Part shown: positions 1 through 13,500 of the stretch, piece after piece
Numbering within the stretch: the first letter of the stretch is position 1
Layout: each line of letters begins with the position of its first letter
DNA from: Utricularia gibba
Lineage: Eukaryota > Plantae > Magnoliophyta
NCBI GenBank assembly: GCA_002189035.1
Contig: NEEC01000285.1
Location: 1 to 43,721, forward strand
DNA length: 43,721 bases
Direction: 5' to 3'
Translations under genes and position numbers: made by a program
The notes under the pieces: model-generated
What the model saw: the letters and a program-made list of their open reading frames with translations, nothing else
What the model was told of the DNA's origin: nothing
Database searches by the model: none

Positions 1-1702
1 TAATATAAGGAAATTATTCGAGCTCTGATATTTGTCGGACGACGAAGCTTCAAAAAAGGAAGATGACCGCCCTGGAATGAGCTTCGAAACGGTGTGTCGT
101 GCGCAACGTGGCTCATCACGGTATTCAAGAATATCGAGAAAATACGGAATGGTGCACGAGGCCTGCATCAGGTGTGGGTTGGAACACAACCGTGGCATTG
201 TAAGGGATCGCCTCTAAAACGAAAATTTCACACCTTCCAATGAAATCCATATGTTTTGAAAGCGAGAAATCCCATTCGCGTCGAATCGGAAGTCCGAGGT
301 CGCATCATCGCGAACGTCGTGGCCACTTTTTGGCACAATTGAAGGTAATATAAGGCAATAATTCGAGCTCTGATATTGTCGACGAAAGCTTCCAAAACGG
401 AAGATGACCGCCCTAAATGAGCTTTGAAACGTGTGTCGTACGCAACGTGGCTCATCACGGTTTCAAGATATCGATAAAATACGGAATGGTGCACGAGGCC
501 TGCATCAGGTGTGGGTTGGAACACAACCGTGCCATTGTAAGGGATCGCCTCAAAACAAAAATTTCACACCTTCCAATGAAATGCATATGTTTTGCAAGCG
601 AGAAATCACATTTGCGTCGAATTGGAAGCCCCGAGTCGCATCATCGCGAACGTCGTGGCCACTTTGTGGCACAATTGAAGGCTAATATAAGGCAATAATT
701 CGAGCTCTGATACATCGTCGGACGACGAAGCTTCAAAAACGGAAGATGACCGCCTGGAATGAGCTTCGAAACGGTGTGTCGTGCGCAACGCGGCTCATCA
801 CGGTTTCAAGATATCGACAAATACGGAATGGTGCACGAGGCCTTCATCAGGTGTGGGTTGGAACACACCGTGGCATTGTAAGGGATCGCCTCTAAAACGA
901 AAATTTCACACCTTCCAATGAAATCATATGTTTTGAAGCGAGAAACCCATTCGCGTCGAATCGGAAGTCCGAGTCGCATCATCGCGAACGTCGTGGCCAC
1001 TTTGTGGCACAATTGAAGGGTAATATAAGGCAATAATTCGAGCTCTGATATATTGTCGGACGACGAAGCTTCAAAAAAACGGAAGATGACCGCCCTGGAA
1101 TGAGCTTCGAAACGGTGTGTCGTGCGCAACGTGGCTCATCACGGTTTCAAGATATCGAGAAAATACGGAATGGTGCACGAGGCCTTCATCAGGTGTGGGT
1201 TGGAACACAACGTGGCATTGTAAGGGATCGCCTCAAAAACGAAAAATTTCACACCTTCCAATGAAATGCATATGTTTTGAAAGCGAGAAATCCATTCGCG
1301 TCGAATCGGAAGTCCGAGGTCGCATCATCGCGAACGTCGTGGCCACTTTGTGGCACAATTGAAGGCTAATATAAGGCAATAATTCGAGCTCTGATACATT
1401 GTCGGACACGAAGCTTCAAAACGGAAGATGACCGCCCTGGAATGAGCTTCGAAACGGTGTCGTGCGCAACGTGGCTCATCACGGTTTTCAAGATATCAAA
1501 AATACGGAATGGTGCACGAGGCCTGCATCAGGTGTGGGTTGGAACACAACCGTGGCATTGTAAGGGTTCGCCTCAAAAAAAAATTTCACACCTTCCAATG
1601 AAATCCATATGTCTTGAAGCGAGAAACCCATTCGCGTCGAATCGGAAGTCCGAGGTCGCATCATCGCGAACGTCGTGGCCACTTTGTGGCACAATTGAAG
1701 GC

Positions 1703-4700
1703 TAATATAAGGCAATAATTCGAGCTCTGATATATTGTCGACGACAAAGCTTCAAAACGGAAGATGACCGCCCTCGGAATGAGCTTCGAAACGGTGTGTC
1801 GTGTGACGTGGCTCATCACGGTTTTCAAGATATCGATAAAATACGGAATGGTGCACGAGGCCTGCATCAGGTGTGGGTTGGAACACAACCGTGGCATTGT
1901 AAGGGATCGCCTCAAAAACAAAAATTTCACACCTTCCAATGAAATGCATATGTTTGCAAGCGAGAAATCACATTTGCGTCGAATTGGAAGCCCCGAGTCG
2001 CATCATCGCGTACGTCGTGGCCACTTTGTGGCACAATTGAAGGCTAATATAAGGCAATAATTCGATCTCTGATACATCGTCGGACGACGAAGCTTCAAAA
2101 ACGGAAGATGACCGCTGGAATGAGCTTCGAAACGGTGTGTCGTGTGCAACAAGGCTCATCACGGTTTTCAAGATATTTACAAAATACGGAATGGTGCACG
2201 AGGCCTGCATCAGGTGTGGGTTGGAACACACCCGTGGCATTGTAAGGGTTCGCCTCTAAAACAAAATTTCATACCTTCCAATGAAATCCATATGTCTTGA
2301 AAGCGAGAAAACCCATTCGCGTCGAATCGGAAGTCCGAGGTCGCATCATCGCGAACGTCGTGGCCACTTTGTGGCACAATTGAAGGCTAATATAAGGCAA
2401 TAATTCGAGCTCTGATATATTGTCGAACGACAAAGCTTCAAAACGGAAGATGACCGCCTCGGAATGAGCTTCGAAACGGTGTGTCGTGCGAAACGTGGCT
2501 CATCACGGTTTTCAAGATATCGATAAAATACGGAATGGTGCACGAGGCCTGCATCAGGTGTGGGTTGGAACACAACCGTGGCATTGTAAGGGATCGCCTC
2601 AAAAACAAAAATTTCACACCTTCCAATGAAATGCATATGTTTTGCAAGCGAGAAATCACATTTGCGTCGAATCGGAAGCCCCGAGTCGCATCATCGCGAA
2701 CGTCGTGGCCACTTTGTGGCACAATTGAAGGCTAATATAAGGCAATAATTCGAGCTCTGATATATCGTCGGACGACGAAGCTTCAAAACGGAAGATGACC
2801 GCCTGGGAATGAGCTTCGAAACGGTGTGTCGTGTGCAACGGCTCATCACGGTTTTCAAGATATCGACAAAATACGGAATGGTGCACGAGGCCTGCATCAG
2901 GTGTGGGTTGGAACACACCGTGGCATTGTAAGGGTTCGCCTCTAAAACAAAAATTTCACACCTTCCAATGAAATCCATATGTTTGAAGCGAAAACCCATT
3001 CGCGTCGAATCGGAAGTCCGAGGTCGCATCATCGCGAACGTCGTGGCCACTTTGTGGCACAATTGAAGGCTAATATAAGGCAATAATTCGAGCTCTGATA
3101 TATTGTCGGACGACGAAGCTTCAAAAACGGAAGATGACCGCCTCGGAATGAGCTTCGAAACGGTGTGTCGTGCGCAACGTGGCTCATCACGGTTTTCAAG
3201 ATATCGATAAAAATACGGAATGGTGCACGAGGCCTGCATCAGGTGTGGGTTGGAACACAACCGTGGCATTGTAAGGGATCGCCTCAAAACAAAAAATTTC
3301 ACACCTTCCAATGAAATGCATATGTTTTGCAAGCGAGAAATCCATTTGCGTCGAATCGGAAGCCGAGTCGCATCATCGCGACGTCGTGGCCACTTTGTGG
3401 CACAATTGAAGGCTAATATAAGGCAATAATTCGAGCTCTGATACATCGTCGGACGACGAAGCTTCAAAAACGGAAGATGACCGCTCTGGAATGAGCTTCG
3501 AAACGGTGTGTCGTGTGCAACAAGGCTCATCACGGTTTTCAAGATATCAAAATACGGAATGGTGCACGAGGCCTGCATCAGGTGTGGGTTGGAACACACC
3601 GTGGCATTGTAAGGGTTCGCCTCTAAAAAAAAATTTCACACCTTCCAATGAAATCCATATGTTTGAAGCGAGAAATCCCATTCGCGTCGAATCGGAAGTC
3701 CGAGGTCGCATCATCGCGAACGTCGTGGCCACTTTGTGGCACAATTGAAGGCTAATATAAGGCAATAATTCGAGCTCTGATATATTGTCGAACGACGAAG
3801 CTTCAAAAACGGAAGATGACCGCCCTGGAATGAGCTTCGAAACGGTGTGTCGTGCGCAACGTGGCTCATCACGGTTTTCAAGATATCGAAAAAATACGGA
3901 ATGGTGCACGAGGCCTGCATCAGGTGTGGGTTGGAACACAACCGTGGCATTGTAAGGGATCGCCTCAAAAACAAAAATTTCACACCTTCCAATGAAATCA
4001 TATTTTGCAAGCGAGAAATCCATTTGCGTCGAATCGGAAGCCCCGAGTCGCATCATCGCGAACGTCGTGGCCACTTTGTGGCACAATTGAAGGCTAATAT
4101 AAGGCAATAATTCGAGCTCTGATACATCGTCGGACGACGAAGCTTCAAAAAACGGAAGATGACCGCCTGGAATGAGCTTCGAAACGGTGTGTCGTGTGCA
4201 ACAAGGCTCATCACGGTTTTCAAGATATCAAAAATACGGAATGGTGCACGAGGCCTGCATCAGGTGGGTTGGAACACAACCGTGGCATTGTAAGGGTTCG
4301 CCTCTAAAAAAAATTTCACACCTTCCAATGAAATCCATATGTTTGAAGCGAGAAATCCCATTCGCGTCGAATCGGAAGTCCGAGGTCGCATCATCGCGAA
4401 CGTCGTGGCCACTTTGTGGCACAATTGAAGGCTAATATAAGGCAATAATTCGAGCTCTGATATATTGTCGGACGACAAAGCTTCAAACGGAAGATGACCG
4501 CCTCGGAATGAGCTTCGAAACGGTGTGTCGTGTGCAACGTGGCTCATCACGGTTTTCAAGATATCGAAAATACGGAATGGTGCACGAGGCCTTCATCAGG
4601 TGTGGGTTGGAACACAACCGTGGCATTGTAAGGGATCGCCTCTAAACAAAAAATTTCACACCTTCCAATGAAATGCATATGTTTGAAAGCGAGAAATCCA

Positions 4701-7700
4701 TTCGCGTCGAATCGGAAGTCCGAGGTCGCATCATCGCGAACGTCGTGGCCAACAATTGAAGGCTAATATAAGGCAATAATTCGAGCTCTGATACATCGTC
4801 GGACGACGAAGCTTCAAAAACGGAAGATGACCGCCTGGAATGAGCTTCGAAACGGTGTGTCGTGTGCAAACGGCTCATCACGGTTTTCAAGATATCGACA
4901 AAATACGGAATGGTGCACGAGGCCTGCATCAGGTGTGGGTTGGAACACACCGTGGCATTGTAAGGGATCGCCTCTAAAACAAAATTTCACACCTTCCAAT
5001 GAAATCCATATGTTTGAAGCGAGAAAACCCATTCGCGTCGAATCGGAAGTCCGAGGTCGCATCATCGCGAACGTCGTGGCCACTTTGTGGCACAATTGAA
5101 GGCTAATATAAGGCAATAATTCGAGCTCTGATATATTGTCGAACGACAAGCTTCAAAACGGAAGATGACCGCCTCGGAATGAGCTTCGAAACGGTGTGTC
5201 GTGCGCAACGTGGCTCATCACGGTTTTCAAGATATCGACAAAATACGGAATGGTGCACGAGGCCTGCATCAGGTGTGGGTTGGAACACAACCGTGGCATT
5301 GTAAGGGATCGCCTCAAAAACAAAAATTTCACACCTTCCAATGAAATGCATATGTTTTGCAAGCGAGAAATCACATTCGCGTCGAATCGGAAGTCCGAGT
5401 CGCATCATCGCGAACGTCGTGGCCACTTTGTGGCACAATTGAAGGGTAATATAAGGCAATAATTCGAGCTCTGATACATTGTCGGACGACGAAGCTTCAA
5501 AACGGAAGATGACCGCCTGGAATGAGCTTCGAAACGGTGTGTCGTGTGCAACGGCTCATCACGGTTTTCAAGATATCGACAAAATACGGAATGGTGCACG
5601 AGGCCTGCATCAGGTGTGGGTTGGAACACACCGTGGCATTGTAAGGGATCGCCTCAAAACAAAAATTTCACACCTTCCAATGAAATGCATATGTTTTGCA
5701 AGCGAGAAATCACATTCGCGTCGAATTGGAAGCCCCGAGTCGCATCATCGCGAACGTCGTGGCCACTTTGTGGCACAATTGAAGGCTAATATAAGGCAAT
5801 AATTCGAGCTCTGATACATCGTCGGACGACGAAGCTTCAAAAACGGAAGATGACCGCTCTGGAATGAGCTTCGAAACGGTGTGTCGTGTGCAACAAGGCT
5901 CATCACGGTTTTCAAGATATTTACAAAATACGGAATGGTGCACGAGGCCTGCATCAGGTGTGGGTTGGAACACACCGTGGCATTGTAAGGGTTCGCCTCT
6001 AAAACAAAAATTTCATACCTTCCAATGAAATCCATATGTCTTGAAGCGAGAAATCCATTCGCGTCGAATCGGAAGTCCGAGGTCGCATCATCGCGAACGT
6101 CGTGGCCACTTTGTGGCACAATTGAAGGCTAATATAAGGCAATAATTCGAGCTCTGATATATTGTCGAACGACAAAGCTTCAAAACGGAAGATGACCGCC
6201 TGGAATGAGCTTCGAAACGGTGTGTCGTGTGCAACGTGGCTCATCACGGTTTTCAAGATATCGATAAAATACGGAATGGTGCACGAGGCCTGCATCAGGT
6301 GTGGGTTGGAACACAACCGTGGCATTGTAAGGATCGCCTCAAAAAACAAAAATTTCACACCTTCCAATGAAATGCATATGTTTTGCAAGCGAGAAATCAC
6401 ATTTGCGTCGAATTGGAAGCCGAGTCGCATCATCGCGAACGTCGTGGCCACTTTGTGGCACAATTGAAGGCTAATATAAGGCAATAATTCGAGCTCTGAT
6501 ACATCGTCGGACGACGAAGCTTCAAAAACGGAAGATGACCGCTCTGGAATGAGCTTCGAAACGGTGTGTCGTGCAACAAGGCTCATCACGGTTTTCAAGA
6601 TATCAAAATACGGAATGGTGCACGAGGCCTGCATCAGGTGTGGGTTGGAACACAACCGTGGCATTGTAAGGGTTCGCCTCTAAAAAAAAAAATTTCACAC
6701 CTTCCAATGAAATCCATATGTTTTGAAAGCGAGAAATCATTCGCGTCGAATCGGAAGTCCGAGGTCGCATCATCGCGAACGTCGTGGCCACTTTGTGGCA
6801 CAATTGAAGGGTAATATAAGGCAATAATTCGAGCTCTGATATATTGTCGGACGACGAAGCTTCAAAACGGAAGATGACCGCCCTGGAATGAGCTTCGAAA
6901 CGGTGTGTCGTGTGAAACGTGGCTCATCACGGTTTTCAAGATATCGATAAAATACGGAATGGTGCACGAGGCCTGCATCAGGTGTGGGTTGGAACACAAC
7001 CGTGGCATTGTAAGGGATCGCCTCTAAAACAAAAATTTCACACCTTCCAATGAAATGCATATGTTTTGCAAGCGAGAAATCACATTTGCGTCGAATCGGA
7101 AGCCCCGAGTCGCATCATCGCGAACGTCGTGGCCACTTTGTGGCACAATTGAAGGCTAATATAAGGCAATAATTCGAGCTCTGATACATCGTCGGACGAC
7201 GAAGCTTCAAAACGGAAGATGACCGCTCTGGAATGAGCTTCGAAACGGTGTCGTGCAACAAGGCTCATCACGGTTTTCAAGATATCAAAATACGGAATGG
7301 TGCACGAGGCCTGCATCAGGTGTGGGTTGGAACACAACCGTGGCATTGTAAGGTTCGCCTCTAAAACAAAAATTTCATACCTTCCAATGAAATCCATATG
7401 TCTTGAATGCGAGAAAACCCATTCGCGTCGAATCGGAAGTCCGAGGTCGCATCATCGCGAACGTCGTGGCCACTTTGTGGCACAATTGAAGGCTAATATA
7501 AGGCAATAATTCGAGCTCTGATATATTGTCGAACGACAAAGCTTCAAAACGGAAGATGACCGCCTCGGAATGAGCTTCGAAACGGTGTGTCAAACGTGGC
7601 TCATCACGGTTTTCAAGATATCGATAAAAATACGGAATGGTGCACGAGGCCTGCATCAGGTGTGGGTTGGAACACAACCGTGCATTGTAAGGGATCGCCT

Positions 7701-10507
7701 CAAAACAAAAATTTCACACCTTCCAATGAAATCCATATGTTTGAAGCGAGAAATCCATTCGCGTCGAATCGGAAGTCCGAGTCGCATCATCGCGAACGTC
7801 GTGGCCACTTTGTGGCACAATTGAAGGCTAATATAAGGCAAATTTCGAGCTCTGATATATTGTCGAACGACGAAGCTTCAAACGGAAGATGACCGCCTCG
7901 GAATGAGCTTCGAAACGGTGTGTCGTGTGCAACAAGGCTCATCACGGTTTTCAAGATATTTACAAATACGGAATGGTGCACGAGGCCTGCATCAGGTGTG
8001 GGTTGGAACACAACCGTGGCATTGTAAGGGGCCTCAAAACAAAAATTTCACACCTTCCAATGAAATCCATATGTTGAAGCGAGAAAACCCATTCGCGTCG
8101 AATCGGAAGTCCGAGGTCGCATCATCGCGAACGTCGTGGCCACTTTGTGGCACAATTGAAGGCTAATATAAGGCAATAATTCGAGCTCTGATATATTGTC
8201 GAACGACAAGCTTCAAAACGGAAGATGACCGCCTCGGAATGAGCTTCGAAACGGTGTGTCGTGCGCAACGTGGCTCATCACGGTTTTCAAGATATCGACA
8301 AAATACGGAATGGTGCACGAGGCCTGCATCAGGTGTGGGTTGGAACACAACCGTGCATTGTAAGGGATCGCCTCAAAACAAAAATTTCACACCTTCCAAT
8401 GAAATGCATATGTTTTGCAAGCGAGAAATCACATTTGCGTCGAATTGGAAGCCCCGAGTCGCATCATCGCGAACGTCGTGGCCACTTTGTGGCACAATTG
8501 AAGGCTAATATAAGGCAATAATTCGAGCTCTGATACATCGTCGGACGACGAAGCTTCAAAAACGGAAGATGACCGCTCTGGAATGAGCTTCGAAACGGTG
8601 TGTCGTGTGCAACAAGGCTCATCACGGTTTTCAAGATATTTACAAAATACGGAATGGTGCACGAGGCCTGCATCAGGTGTGGGTTGGAACACACCGTGGC
8701 ATTGTAAGGGTTCGCCTCTAAAAAAAAATTTCATACCTTCCAATGAAATCCATATGTCTTGAAGCGAGAAAACCCATTCGCGTCGAATCGGAAGTCCGAG
8801 GTCGCATCATCGCGAACGTCGTGGCCACTTTGTGGCACAATTGAAGGGTAATATAAGGCAATAATTCGAGCTCTGATATATTGTCGGACGACGAAGCTTC
8901 AAAACGGAAGATGACCGCCTGAATGAGCTTTCGAAACGGTGTGTCGTGCAACGTGGCTCATCACGGTTTTCAAGATATCGATAAAATACGGAATGGTGCA
9001 CGAGGCCTGCATCAGGTGTGGGTTGGAACACAACCGTGGCATTGTAAGGGATCGCCTCAAAAACAAAAATTTCACACCTTCCAATGAAATGCATATGTTT
9101 TGCAAGCGAGAAATCACATTTGCGTCGAATCGGAAGCCCCGAGTCGCATCATCGCGACGTCGTGGCCACTTTGTGGCACAATTGAAGGCTAATATAAGGC
9201 AATAATTCGATCTCTGATACATCGTCGACGACGAAGCTTCAAAAACGGAAGATGACCGCTCTGGAATGAGCTTCGAAACGGTGTGTCGTGTGCAACGGCT
9301 CATCACGGTTTTCAAGATATCGACAAAATACGGAATGGTGCACGAGGCCTGCATCAGGTGTGGGTTGGAACACAACCGTGCATTGTAAGGGTTCGCCTCT
9401 AACAAAAATTTCATACCTTCCAATGAAATCCATATGTCTTGAAGCGAGAAAACCCATTCGCGTCGAATCGGAAGTCCGAGGTCGCATCATCGCGAACGTC
9501 GTGGCCACTTTGTGGCACAATTGAAGGCTAATATAAGGCAATAATTCGAGCTCTGATATATTGTCGAACGACAAGCTTCAAAACGGAAGATGAAATGAGC
9601 TTCGAAAAACGTGGCTCATCACGGTTTTCAAGATATCGATAAAAATACGGAATGGTGCACGAGGCCTGCATGTGGGTTGGAACACAACCGTGCATTGTAA
9701 GGGATCGCCTCAAAAACAAAATTTCACACCTTCCAATGAAATGCATATTTGAAGCGAGAAATCCATTTGCGTCGAATCGGAAGCCCGAGTCGCATCATCG
9801 CGAACGTCGTGGCCACTTTGGCACAATTGAAGGCTAATATAAGGCAATAATTCGAGCTCTGATACATCGTCGGACGACGAAGCTTCAAAAACGGAAGATG
9901 ACCGCTCGGAATGAGCTTCGAAACGGTGTGTCGTGCAACGTGGCTCATCACGGTTTTCAAGATACAAAATACGGAATGGTGCACGAGGCCTGCATCAGGT
10001 GTGGGTTGGAACACACCGGCATTGTAAGGGTCGCCTCTAAAAAAAAATTTCACACCTTCCAATGAAATCCATATGTTTGAAGCGAGAAATCCCATTCGCG
10101 TCGAATCGGAAGTCCGAGGTCGCATCATCGCGAACGTCGTGGCCACTTTGTGGCACAATTGAAGGCTAATATAAGGCAATAATTCGAGCTCTGATATATT
10201 GTCGGACGACGAAGCTTCCAAAACGGAAGATGACCGCCCTGGAATGAGCTTCGAAACGGTGTGTCGTGTCGTGGCTCATCACGGTTTTCAAGATATCGAT
10301 AAAATACGGAATGGTGCACGAGGCCTGCATCAGGTGTGGGTTGGAACACAACCGTGCCATTGTAAGGGATCGCCTCAAAAACAAAATTTCACACCTTCCA
10401 ATGAAATGCATATGTTTTGCAAGCGAGAAATCACATTTGCGTCGAATTGGAAGCCCCGAGTCGCATCATCGCGAACGTCGTGGCCACTTTGTGGCACAAT
10501 TGAAGGC
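1703..10507. repeat. Block of mostly alternating A/B monomer subtypes (imperfect ~680-690 bp dimeric higher-order repeat)
   Basis: A markers: GATACATC, CGCTCT, CAACAAGG, ATATTTAC, GGTTCGCCTCT, TTCATACC, ATCCATATGTCTT, AAGTCCGAGG. B markers: GATATATT, GAACGACAAAG, ATCGATAA, GGATCGCCTCA, ATGCATATG, TGCAAGCG, TCACATTTGCG, AAGCCCCGAGT. They alternate over most units, with breaks at units starting 4433, 5447 and 7494-7829. Confidence 0.7.
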
Positions 10508-13500
10508 TAATATAAGGCAATAATTCGAGCTCTGATACATCGTCGGACGACGAAGCTTCAAAAACGGAAGATGACCGCTCTGGAATGAGCTTCGAAACGG
10601 TGTGTCGTGTGCAACAAGGCTCATCACGGTTTTCAAGATATTTACAAAATACGGAATGGTGCACGAGGCCTGCATCAGGTGTGGGTTGGAACACACCCGT
10701 GGCATTGTAAGGGTCGCCTCAAAAACAAAAATTTCACACCTTCCAATGAAATGCATGTGTTTTGCAAGCGAGAAATCCATTTGCGTCGAATCGGAAGCCC
10801 CGAGTCGCATCATCGCGAACGTCGTGGCCACTTTGTGGCACAATTGAAGGCTAATATAAGGCAATAATTCGAGCTCTGATATATTGTCGACGACGAAGCT
10901 TCAAAAACGGAAGATGACCGCCCTGGAATGAGCTTCGAAACGGTGTGTCGTGCGCAACGTGGCTCATCACGGTTTCAAGATATCGAAAAATACGGAATGG
11001 TGCACGAGGCCTTCATCAGGTGTGGGTTGGAACACAACCGTGGCATTGTAAGGGATCGCCTCAAAAAAAAAATTTCACACCTTCCAATGAAATGCATATG
11101 TTTTGCAAGCGAGAAATCAATTTGCGTCGAATTGGAAGCCCCGAGTCGCATCATCGCGTACGTCGTGGCCACTTTGTGGCACAATTGAAGGCTAATATAA
11201 GGCAATAATCGAGCTCTGATATATTGTCGGACGACGAAGCTTCAAAAACGGAAGATGACCGCCCTGGAATGAGCTTCGAAACGGTGTGTCGTGCGCAACG
11301 TGCTCATCACGGTTTTCAAGATATCGACAAAATACGGAATGGTGCACGAGGCCTGCATCAGGTGTGGGTTGGAACACAACCGTGGCATTGTAAGGGATCG
11401 CCTCAAAACAAAAATTTCACACCTTCCAATGAAATGCATATGTTTTGAAAGCGAGAAATCCAATTCGCGTCGAATCGGAAGTCCGAGGTCGCATCATCGC
11501 GAACGTCGTGGCCACTTTGTGGCACAATTGAAGGCTAATATAAGGCAATAATTCGAGCTCTGATACATCGTCGGACGACGAAGCTTCAAAACGGAAGATG
11601 ACCGCTCTGGAATGAGCTTCGAAACGGTGTGTCGTGTGCAAAGGCTCATCACGGTTTTCAAGATATCGACAAAATACGGAATGGTGCACGAGGCCTTCAT
11701 CAGGTGTGGGTTGGAACACAACCGTGGCATTGTAAGGGTTCGCCTCTAAAACAAAAATTTCACACCTTCCAATGAAATCCATATGTTTGAAGCGAGAAAA
11801 CCCATTCGCGTCGAATCGGAAGTCCGAGGTCGCATCATCGCGAACGTCGTGGCCACTTTGTGGCACAATTGAAGGCTAATATAAGGCAATAATTCGAGCT
11901 CTGATATATTGTCGAACGACAAAGCTTCAAAACGAAGATGACCGCCTCGGAATGAGCTTCGAAACGGTGTGTCGTGCGAAACGTGGCTCATCACGGTTTT
12001 CAAGATATCGATAAAATACGGAATGGTGCACGAGGCCTGCATCAGGTGTGGGTTGGAACACACCGTGGCATTGTAAGGGATCGCCTCTAAAAACAAAAAT
12101 TTCACACCTTCCAATGAAATGCATATGTTTTGCAAGCGAGAAATCCATTCGCGTCGAATCGGAAGTCCCGAGTCGCATCATCCGAACGTCGTGGCCACTT
12201 TGTGGCACAATTGAAGGCTAATATAAGGCAATAATTCGAGCTCTGATACATCGTCGAACGACAAAGCTTCAAAAACGGAAGATGACCGCCTCGGAATGAG
12301 CTTCGAAACGGTGTGTCGTGCGCAACGGGCTCATCACGGTTTTAAGATATCGACAAAATACGGAATGGTGCACGAGGCCTTCATCAGGTGTGGGTTGGAA
12401 CACAACCGTGGCATTGTAAGGGATCGCCTCAAAAACAAAAATTTCACACCTTCCAATGAAATGCATATGTCTTTTGAAGCGAGAAATCCATTTGCGTCGA
12501 ATCGGAAGTCCGAGGTCGCATCATCGCGAACGTCGTGGCCACTTTGTGGCACAATTGAAGGCTAATATAAGGCAATAATTCGAGCTCTGATACATCGTCG
12601 GACGACGAAGCTTCAAAAACGGAAGATGACCGCTGGAATGAGCTTCGAAACGGTGTGTCGTGTGCAACGTGGCTCATCACGGTTTTCAAGATATCAAAAA
12701 TACGGAATGGTGCACGAGGCCTGCATCAGGTGTGGGTTGGAACACAACCGTGGCATTGTAAGGGATCGCCTCAAAACAAAATTTCACACCTTCCAATGAA
12801 ATGCATGTGTTTTGAAGCGAGAAATCCATTCGCGTCGAATCGGAAGTCCCGAGTCGCATCATCGCGAACGTCGTGGCCACTTTGTGGCACAATTGAAGGC
12901 TAATATAAGGCAAATAATTCGAGCTCTGATATATCGTCGGACGACGAAGCTTCAAAAACGGAAGATGACCGCCCTGGAATGAGCTTCGAAACGGTGTGTC
13001 GTGCGCAACGTGGCTCATCACGGTTTCAAGATATCGAAAAATACGGAATGGTGCACGAGGCCTGCATCAGGTGTGGGTTGGAACACAACCGTGGCATTGT
13101 AAGGGATCGCCTCTAAAACAAAAATTTCACACCTTCCAATGAAATGCATATGTTTTGAAGCGAGAAATCCATTCGCGTCGAATCGGAAGTCCGAGTCGCA
13201 TCATCGCGAACGTCGTGGCCACTTTGTGGCACAATTGAAGGGTAATATAAGGCAATAATTCGAGCTCTGATACATTGTCGGACGACGAAGCTTCAAAAAC
13301 GGAAGATGACCGCCCTGGAATGAGCTTCGAAACGGTGTGTCGTGCGCAACGTGCTCATCACGGTTTTCAAGATATCGACAAAATACGGAATGGTGCACGA
13401 GGCCTGCATCAGGTGTGGGTTGGAACACAACCGTGGCATTGTAAGGGATCGCCTCAAAAAAAAAAATTTCACACCTTCCAATGAAATGCATATGTTTTGA

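Noticed and set aside
1472-1574. Pol III A and B boxes of a tRNA or SINE (TGGCTCATCACGG, GGTTCGCCTC)
   Set aside because: The B-box candidate lacks the invariant A of GTTCRA and occurs only in A-type units. The spacing is ~90 bp, and there is no cloverleaf or poly-A/T tail.
4741-4760. Small deletions such as GTGGCC-AACAATTG here and several in the unit at 9529
   Set aside because: Each occurs once, often between short direct repeats or in runs, and cannot be told apart from long-read deletion error.
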